Positions 58,457 through 64,000 of a DNA stretch of 64,000 bases are shown piece after piece; the stretch's first letter is position 1, and every line of letters starts with the position of its first letter. Under the pieces are notes generated by a model. It was not told where the DNA came from. It was given only the letters and a program-made list of their open reading frames with translations, and did no database searches. The translations under genes and the position numbers were made by a program. Origin of the DNA: a virus; the IMG/VR virus record IMGVR_UViG_3300027782_003601, positions 112,193 through 176,192 of that record; one strand, given 5' to 3'.

Positions 58457-60238
58457 ATGAGAAATTACGGAGAAGAATTAGGCTGGCAAATAAATGTAGA
58501 TTTTCCAGACTGGGGAAATAATGAGGTATATGTAAAAACTATATCTAAAGGATATTTACAATATGGTGAGAAACCAAAGGATGCCTATTGGCGTGTATCT
58601 ACAAAAATTGCACAACGATTAGGAAAACCACAACTTGCTACAAAGTTTTTTGATTATATTTGGAAAGGGTGGTTGTGTTTAGCAACGCCGGTATTATCAA
58701 ACACAGGTACAGATAGAGGATTACCAATCTCTTGTTTTGGTATTGATGTTGGAGATAGTATCTATGAGATTGGCTCAAAGAATTTAGAATTAATGTTGTT
58801 AGCAAAGCATGGTGGTGGTGTTGGTATTGGTATAAATCAAATCAGACCGGCGGGTACAAAGATTACAGGCAATGGTACATCGGATGGTGTAGTTCCATTT
58901 TGTAAGATTTATGATTCAACTATCCTTGCTACAAATCAAGGTTCAGTTCGTAGAGGTGCAGCATCTGTAAATATGAACATTGAACACAAAGATTTTGAAG
59001 ATTGGTTAGAGATTAGAGAACCAAAAGGTGATGCAAACCGTCAATCTTTAAACTTACATCAATGTGCAGTAGTTGGTGATAAGTTTATGAGAAAGTTGCA
59101 AGAAGGAGACCCGGAAGCTCGTAGAAAATGGAGTAAACTATTACAAAAAAGAAAAGCAACTGGTGAACCTTATATTATGTTTAAGGGTAATGTAAACAAA
59201 CAAAATCCAGAAGCATATAAAAAGAACGGATTGAAAGTTCATATGACAAACATTTGTTCTGAAATAGTTTTACACACAGATGAATCGCATTCATTTGTAT
59301 GTTGCCTTTCATCTTTAAATTTAGCTAAATACAATGAATGGAAAGATACTGATTTAATTTATACATCTACAATCTTTTTAGATGGTGTATTAGAGGAGTT
59401 TATCCAAAGAGCTAAAGGATTGACTGGATTTGAAAATTCAGTTCGTTCTGCATCAAAAGGAAGAGCATTAGGATTAGGGGTTTTAGGATGGCATACATAC
59501 CTACAACAAAAGGGTATTCCATTTGAAGGATTGTCAGCACAATTTGAAACTCGTAAGATATTTTCTCAAATGAAAATTGAATCAGAAAGAGCAAGTAGAG
59601 ATATGGCATCTGAATACGGAGAACCCTTATGGTGCAGAGATACGGGTTTCCGTAATACTCATTTAAGAGCAGTAGCACCGACGGTATCTAACTCTAAATT
59701 GAGTGGTAATGTAAGTAGTGGTATTGAGCCGTGGGCAGCTAATGTATTTACAGAACAAACTGCAAAAGGAACATTCATTCGTAAAAATCCAGAGTTAGAA
59801 AGGGTGTTAAGAAAGATGAGTAAAAACACCAAAGAAGTTTGGGATAAGATTTTAGCAGATGAAGGATCTGTACAAGATTTGGACTTTTTAGATGATTGGT
59901 GTTTTTCAGATGGTAAATTAGTTGAATGTAACGAAATATCAATAGATGAAAGAGCACATAGAGCTAGTTCGGTTAAAGATGTATTTAAAACATTTAAAGA
60001 AATTAATCAATTGGATTTAGTAAGACAAGCAGGTGTAAGACAACAATATATTGACCAATCAGTTTCATTAAATCTGGCATTCCCTGCAACCGCAGAACCA
60101 AAATGGATAAACAATGTAACAATGACCGCTTGGAAAGAAGGTGTAAAAACCCTATACTATATGAGAACTGAAAGTGTATTAAGAGGAGATATTGCTGCAA
60201 GAGCAATGGATGAGAATTGTGTTAGTTGTGAAGGTTAA
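58457..60238 (+). CDS. nrdA: Ribonucleotide reductase class Ia alpha subunit (short, no ATP cone)
   Basis: ISCF, GGGVG, RRGA, TNICSEI, CCLSSLN, APT, KTLYY and C-terminal CVSCEG. Confidence 0.95.
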   Translation: MRNYGEELGWQINVDFPDWGNNEVYVKTISKGYLQYGEKPKDAYWRVSTKIAQRLGKPQLATKFFDYIWKGWLCLATPVLSNTGTDRGLPISCFGIDVGDSIYEIGSKNLELMLLAKHGGGVGIGINQIRPAGTKITGNGTSDGVVPFCKIYDSTILATNQGSVRRGAASVNMNIEHKDFEDWLEIREPKGDANRQSLNLHQCAVVGDKFMRKLQEGDPEARRKWSKLLQKRKATGEPYIMFKGNVNKQNPEAYKKNGLKVHMTNICSEIVLHTDESHSFVCCLSSLNLAKYNEWKDTDLIYTSTIFLDGVLEEFIQRAKGLTGFENSVRSASKGRALGLGVLGWHTYLQQKGIPFEGLSAQFETRKIFSQMKIESERASRDMASEYGEPLWCRDTGFRNTHLRAVAPTVSNSKLSGNVSSGIEPWAANVFTEQTAKGTFIRKNPELERVLRKMSKNTKEVWDKILADEGSVQDLDFLDDWCFSDGKLVECNEISIDERAHRASSVKDVFKTFKEINQLDLVRQAGVRQQYIDQSVSLNLAFPATAEPKWINNVTMTAWKEGVKTLYYMRTESVLRGDIAARAMDENCVSCEG

Positions 60239-60252
60239 TAAATAAACATTTT

Positions 60253-60981
60253 ATGGGTGAGAACATATCAAGTAAAAACAAAGAATTGACTGAAAAAATA
60301 AAAGAAGAATTAATTGATAAACCAAAAGGACCAATTAAGTTTCAGATACAATTAAACGAAGAACAAAAAGAAGCAAAAGAAAAAATATTAAATAACGCAA
60401 TTACAATCCTAAGTGGTAAAGCAGGTAGTGGTAAAACGCTTTTAGCTTGTCAAGTAGCATTGGATATGTTATTTAAAAAAACAGTTCATAAAATTATCAT
60501 CACTCGTCCAACGGTATCAAAAGAGGAGATTGGATTTTTACCAGGTGATTTAAGAGAAAAAATGGAGCCGTGGATGCAACCCGTATATTCCAATTTTTAT
60601 CAATTATATAACAAAGAAAAAATTGATAAAATTTTAGAAAACGGACAAGTTGAAATTGTACCCCTTGCATTTATGCGAGGTAGAACATTTTTGGATTCGT
60701 TTATTATTGTAGATGAAGCACAAAATTGTACCAATGACCAGATGGAAATGATTACATCTCGTTTAGGTTTACGAAGTAAAATGGTTGTATGTGGTGATTC
60801 ACAACAAGTAGATTTAAAGTATAAAGGAGAAAGTGGATTTAAGTTTTTAGTAACTGCTGCAAAGAAGATTAAAGATATGGATTCCCAAACTTTATTAGTA
60901 AATCACAGGCATCCAGTAGTAGATGCATTATTAGATGCATATGATGAATTTAAAGAAAAACAAAATAAAGAAGGAAAATAA
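60253..60981 (+). CDS. phoH: PhoH-family ATPase
   Basis: GKAGSGKT, RP, GFLPG, MRGRTF, DEAQN, GD..Q.D. Confidence 0.95.
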   Translation: MGENISSKNKELTEKIKEELIDKPKGPIKFQIQLNEEQKEAKEKILNNAITILSGKAGSGKTLLACQVALDMLFKKTVHKIIITRPTVSKEEIGFLPGDLREKMEPWMQPVYSNFYQLYNKEKIDKILENGQVEIVPLAFMRGRTFLDSFIIVDEAQNCTNDQMEMITSRLGLRSKMVVCGDSQQVDLKYKGESGFKFLVTAAKKIKDMDSQTLLVNHRHPVVDALLDAYDEFKEKQNKEGK

Positions 60982-60983
60982 TT

Positions 60984-61256
60984 ATGATTAGTGTAAAAAA
61001 ATTCTCCGCAAGTTGGTGCGGCCCATGCAAAACTTTAAAACCAATTTTTGAAGATGTAAAAAATGGTTATGGTAATGGAATTGTTCAATTTGAAGAATAT
61101 GATGTAGATGAATCGTCCGATGTTGCATCTAAATATAGTATCCGTTCAGTGCCAACTGTTATTATTGAAAAAAATGGTAAAGAAGTGGGTAGATTTGCAG
61201 GTGTTCAATCTAAACTTGCTTATGTAAATTTAATCAACGAACATATATTAAAATAA
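60984..61256 (+). CDS. trxA: Thioredoxin
   Basis: WCGPC active site; IRSVPT cis-Pro loop. Confidence 0.93.
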   Translation: MISVKKFSASWCGPCKTLKPIFEDVKNGYGNGIVQFEEYDVDESSDVASKYSIRSVPTVIIEKNGKEVGRFAGVQSKLAYVNLINEHILK

Positions 61257-61262
61257 AATAAA

Positions 61263-61294
61263 TTTGTGATTATCAAAAAAATTGGTTATATTAG
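61263..61294 (+). promoter_or_regulatory. Bacteroidota-type promoter variant for the HTH-mom operon
   Basis: TTTG (61263-66), 20-nt spacer, TATATTAG (61287-94, one mismatch). Confidence 0.5.
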
Positions 61295-61298
61295 AAGT

Positions 61299-61499
61299 AT
61301 GTTAAGAGGTGAAGCGCATCCAATGCACAAATTGACTGAAGAGCAAATATTGCAAATCAGAGATTTATGGAAAATAGGTCATAGAAATATTAGAGTTATA
61401 TCCAGAAACTATGGAGTTTCACCTGCTAATATAAAAAAAATAGTTACGAACAAAACATGGACACACATGATAAAGTGGCCTTATGAAAGAACTCAATAA
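61299..61499 (+). CDS. Stand-alone HTH of the type found C-terminal to HNH homing endonucleases
   Basis: RGEAHPMHKLTEEQILQIR...YGVS...I.KI....TW.H; no HNH motif; ATG 61299 preferred over GTG 61266, which lies inside the promoter. Confidence 0.65.
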   Translation: MLRGEAHPMHKLTEEQILQIRDLWKIGHRNIRVISRNYGVSPANIKKIVTNKTWTHMIKWPYERTQ

Positions 61500-62247
61500 G
61501 TTATATTGTGATACATCAAAATTAGTTGTAAGGCAAGTAAACAAAAATATAGCAAAAGATATCATTGTCAATAACCATTATAGTGGTATATGGACGAAGG
61601 TATCTTATGCTATTGGTTTGTTTCATGTATCAAATGATGAACACAAATTCTTTGGTGGAGTTAATGAAAAACTTATTGGAGTAGCTTGTTATGGTGACCC
61701 AGTTGGTAGACATTCCGGCGCATCAATTTCGGAACTATTGGATAGAACTGAAGTATTGGAATTGACACGATTATTTGTATTTGATGGATATGGTTCTAAC
61801 ATTGAAAGTTGGTTTGTTGGTAAATCATTTGAATGGTTGAGAAAAAATGTACCACATATTAAAGCATTGGTATCATATTCAGACCCAAAAGCAGGTCATT
61901 TAGGAACTGTATATCAAGCAACAAATTGGATTTATCAAGGAAATAGAATCAGACCAAATGATAGTTGGTCTTTTAAATGGAGTGAGGATGATGAATGGCA
62001 TCATAGTAGAACATCATTTGTAAGATATGGTACTAATGACCCAAAAGCAATTCAAACAATGGTATCAATGCCATTTTGGATTAAGAAAGAACCGAGAAAA
62101 CATCGTTATGTTTATATACTTTTGAATGGTAGAGAAAGAAAGAAATTATTAAAATCTTTAAAGTATCCATCATTACCATACCCAAAAGCAAAGGAGGAAT
62201 TTATTGAAGAAATACATAAATTAGAACCAATTGAAAGAATTAAATAA
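61483..62247 (+). CDS. mom: Mom-like (GNAT-fold) DNA adenine modification protein, copy 1
   Basis: NHYS, LELTRL, NIESWF, SYSD...H.GTVYQATNW.Y.G, KHRY. Confidence 0.8.
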   Translation: MKELNKLYCDTSKLVVRQVNKNIAKDIIVNNHYSGIWTKVSYAIGLFHVSNDEHKFFGGVNEKLIGVACYGDPVGRHSGASISELLDRTEVLELTRLFVFDGYGSNIESWFVGKSFEWLRKNVPHIKALVSYSDPKAGHLGTVYQATNWIYQGNRIRPNDSWSFKWSEDDEWHHSRTSFVRYGTNDPKAIQTMVSMPFWIKKEPRKHRYVYILLNGRERKKLLKSLKYPSLPYPKAKEEFIEEIHKLEPIERIK

Positions 62248-63034
62248 GTTATATTGTGATACGAGCAAAGTATCTATTAGAGAAATCAATAGTAATGTAG
62301 CCAAAGAGATTATAGTTAAAAAACACTATACTCACGCTTGGACTGCTTGTAGATATGCATTAGGTATATTTTACAAAACTGATAATCAAAATGTAATTGG
62401 TGATGATGAAATCCTAATTGGATGTATGGTTTATGGATTTCCAGTAGGAGCTAGAGCATCTACATCGGTATGTGAGGGATTGACAAAAGATAACATTTTA
62501 GAATTGACACGATTATATTGCGATGATGGTTATGGTTCTAATATTGAATCATACTCATTAGGACAATCATTCAAATGGTTTAAAGAAAATGATAAAGCAA
62601 TTAAAGTATTAATTTCTTATGCAGATAATGGACAAGAACATTTGGGTGGTATTTACCAAGCAACAAATTGGATTTATCAGGGATTAAATACAGATATTGC
62701 TTTAATGCCAAATTATGGTATTTCATTATCGGATTCCCCATTCAAATGGATTCATAGTAGGACTGTATTTACCAAATGGGGTAGTGGTAATTTAGAACAT
62801 CTTCGTAGAGAAATCGGTAAAGATGGTTATAAACAATTTTGGAGAAGAGAAGAGCCACCAAAACATAGATACATACAAATCATAGGAGCAGATAAAAAAG
62901 ATAAAAAAGATTTGATTAAGAGGTTAAAACATGAGGTTAGACCCTATCCTAAGAATGCTAGAGAATACAATAAAGGAGTAGAAATGCACACTACAATAGA
63001 ACCGGATTCAGAAATATCCGTTAAGTTTTGGTAA
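62231..63034 (+). CDS. mom: Mom-like (GNAT-fold) DNA adenine modification protein, copy 2 (TTG start)
   Basis: KHYT, LELTRL, NIESY, SYAD...HLGGIYQATNW.Y.G, KHRY; paralog of the preceding gene. Confidence 0.8.
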   Translation: MKELNKLYCDTSKVSIREINSNVAKEIIVKKHYTHAWTACRYALGIFYKTDNQNVIGDDEILIGCMVYGFPVGARASTSVCEGLTKDNILELTRLYCDDGYGSNIESYSLGQSFKWFKENDKAIKVLISYADNGQEHLGGIYQATNWIYQGLNTDIALMPNYGISLSDSPFKWIHSRTVFTKWGSGNLEHLRREIGKDGYKQFWRREEPPKHRYIQIIGADKKDKKDLIKRLKHEVRPYPKNAREYNKGVEMHTTIEPDSEISVKFW

Positions 63035-63058
63035 TACCAATAATTTTTCGTATATTTG
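63027..63058 (+). promoter_or_regulatory. Bacteroidota-type sigma-A promoter
   Basis: TTTG (63027-30), 20-nt spacer, TATATTTG (63051-58). Confidence 0.7.
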
Positions 63059-63184
63059 ATAACATTGTTGCAACAATAGTGGTTAATCAACACTTAAAAC
63101 TGATTAGAAAAGGTCATTATCTTTGTGGTAATAAGCACCCGAACTTGGACCTTAAATTTATTAAATAACTAAAAAAGACTAAAA

Positions 63185-64000
63185 ATGTCAAAAACAAAAC
63201 AAAACGCTCCCGTCATTGAAGGCGTTACCGAAAAATTTGATGAATTATACCCTGTAAACTTATTAACATATGGGGAAGATAATTATGATTTGTATTACGA
63301 TAAAGATGATAGTTCGTATTATACAGATTTAAAAGCATCCATATATGACTATGGATTAAAATCTCCAATACTTGTATATTCAACAGATGAAGTTAAATCT
63401 GGAAATACAAGATTGAGAGCGTGTATTGAATTAGGATATGAATATATTCCTATTGTTCGTTCAATATTAGATAAGCCAAAGGATAAATTTTCTAACCTTA
63501 TGGCTTTACAAATGGAAAATCAAACCAGACCTAGTAATCTTCGTAGACAATACAACCAAATATACAAAACCATTTCAGCATATGAACAGGTTAATAATAA
63601 AACTTGTTCGGCTAATATTATTGAAAAAGAGATTTGTACAGCTGCACAAATGAGTTACAATCAATATAAAAATCTTTCTACTTTAGAATCAAACAGACCT
63701 GATTTATTTCAACGAGTAATTGATAGTAATGGTTCTAAACTTTCCCCTGGAAAAGCTATTGAGCTAATGAAGCAAGATTTATTAAAATCAAAACAACTTA
63801 ATATATCCAAAGCTTTAGAAAACGCTGTTACTAGAGAAGATGTAACATATGCAGTTAATGCTGTTTCAAATGCATTAAATACAATGTTTGGTGTTAAAAT
63901 TAATGGTAGAGATGGTAGTCAAATTAATGCATTCAATAACATACAACAAAATACAATAGGTGGTTTAGTTCATGAAGTATTTACTAATGCTATTGCACAT
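63185..64000 (+). CDS. ParB/Sulfiredoxin-like N-terminal domain protein, 3'-truncated by the window (absent from the ORF track)
   Basis: Own translation: LKASIYDYGLKSPILV...SGNTRLRACIELG...IPIV...ENQTR; open to the window end. Confidence 0.75.
   Translation, partial: MSKTKQNAPVIEGVTEKFDELYPVNLLTYGEDNYDLYYDKDDSSYYTDLKASIYDYGLKSPILVYSTDEVKSGNTRLRACIELGYEYIPIVRSILDKPKDKFSNLMALQMENQTRPSNLRRQYNQIYKTISAYEQVNNKTCSANIIEKEICTAAQMSYNQYKNLSTLESNRPDLFQRVIDSNGSKLSPGKAIELMKQDLLKSKQLNISKALENAVTREDVTYAVNAVSNALNTMFGVKINGRDGSQINAFNNIQQNTIGGLVHEVFTNAIAH

Noticed and set aside
400-60206. Minus-strand and short alternative-frame ORFs in the track
   Set aside because: All overlap long + strand genes with recognisable products and show shadow-ORF composition
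53288-60238. Inteins or group I introns in recA, dnaB or nrdA/B
   Set aside because: The proteins are of normal or short length with contiguous motifs
61266-61499. HNH homing endonuclease / mobile element
   Set aside because: Only the HTH portion is present; no HNH catalytic motif or intron context

Overview
A 64-kb, AT-rich segment of a large T4-like (contractile-tailed) dsDNA phage, with all credible genes on the + strand. The host is probably a member of Bacteroidota, because several TTTG-N19/20-TAnnTTTG promoters are present. Gene order: (1) head module with small core/internal proteins, gp21 prohead protease, a ferritin-like protein, the scaffold and gp23 capsid; (2) neck/terminator gp13-15; (3) a ~25-kb island of mosaic Ser/Thr/Gly-rich fibre and adhesin genes; (4) sheath, tube, tail-assembly chaperone pair, tape measure and baseplate; (5) replication and nucleotide genes (atypical short family-A polymerase, Nmad1, SSB, RecA, 5'-3' exonuclease, GroES, DnaB, NrdB/NrdA, PhoH, thioredoxin); (6) an HTH-mom-mom-ParB-like locus at the end. 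The strongest leads are a thumb-less PolA with an altered steric gate, the tandem Mom-like DNA-modification locus, a probable +1/-2 programmed frameshift in the tail chaperone genes, a recurring C-terminal-peptide/N-terminal-domain pairing among fibre genes, a structured leader on the scaffold/capsid operon, and a late-promoter motif that is the reverse complement of the T4 one. All family assignments come from motif recognition by eye; no database searches were run.
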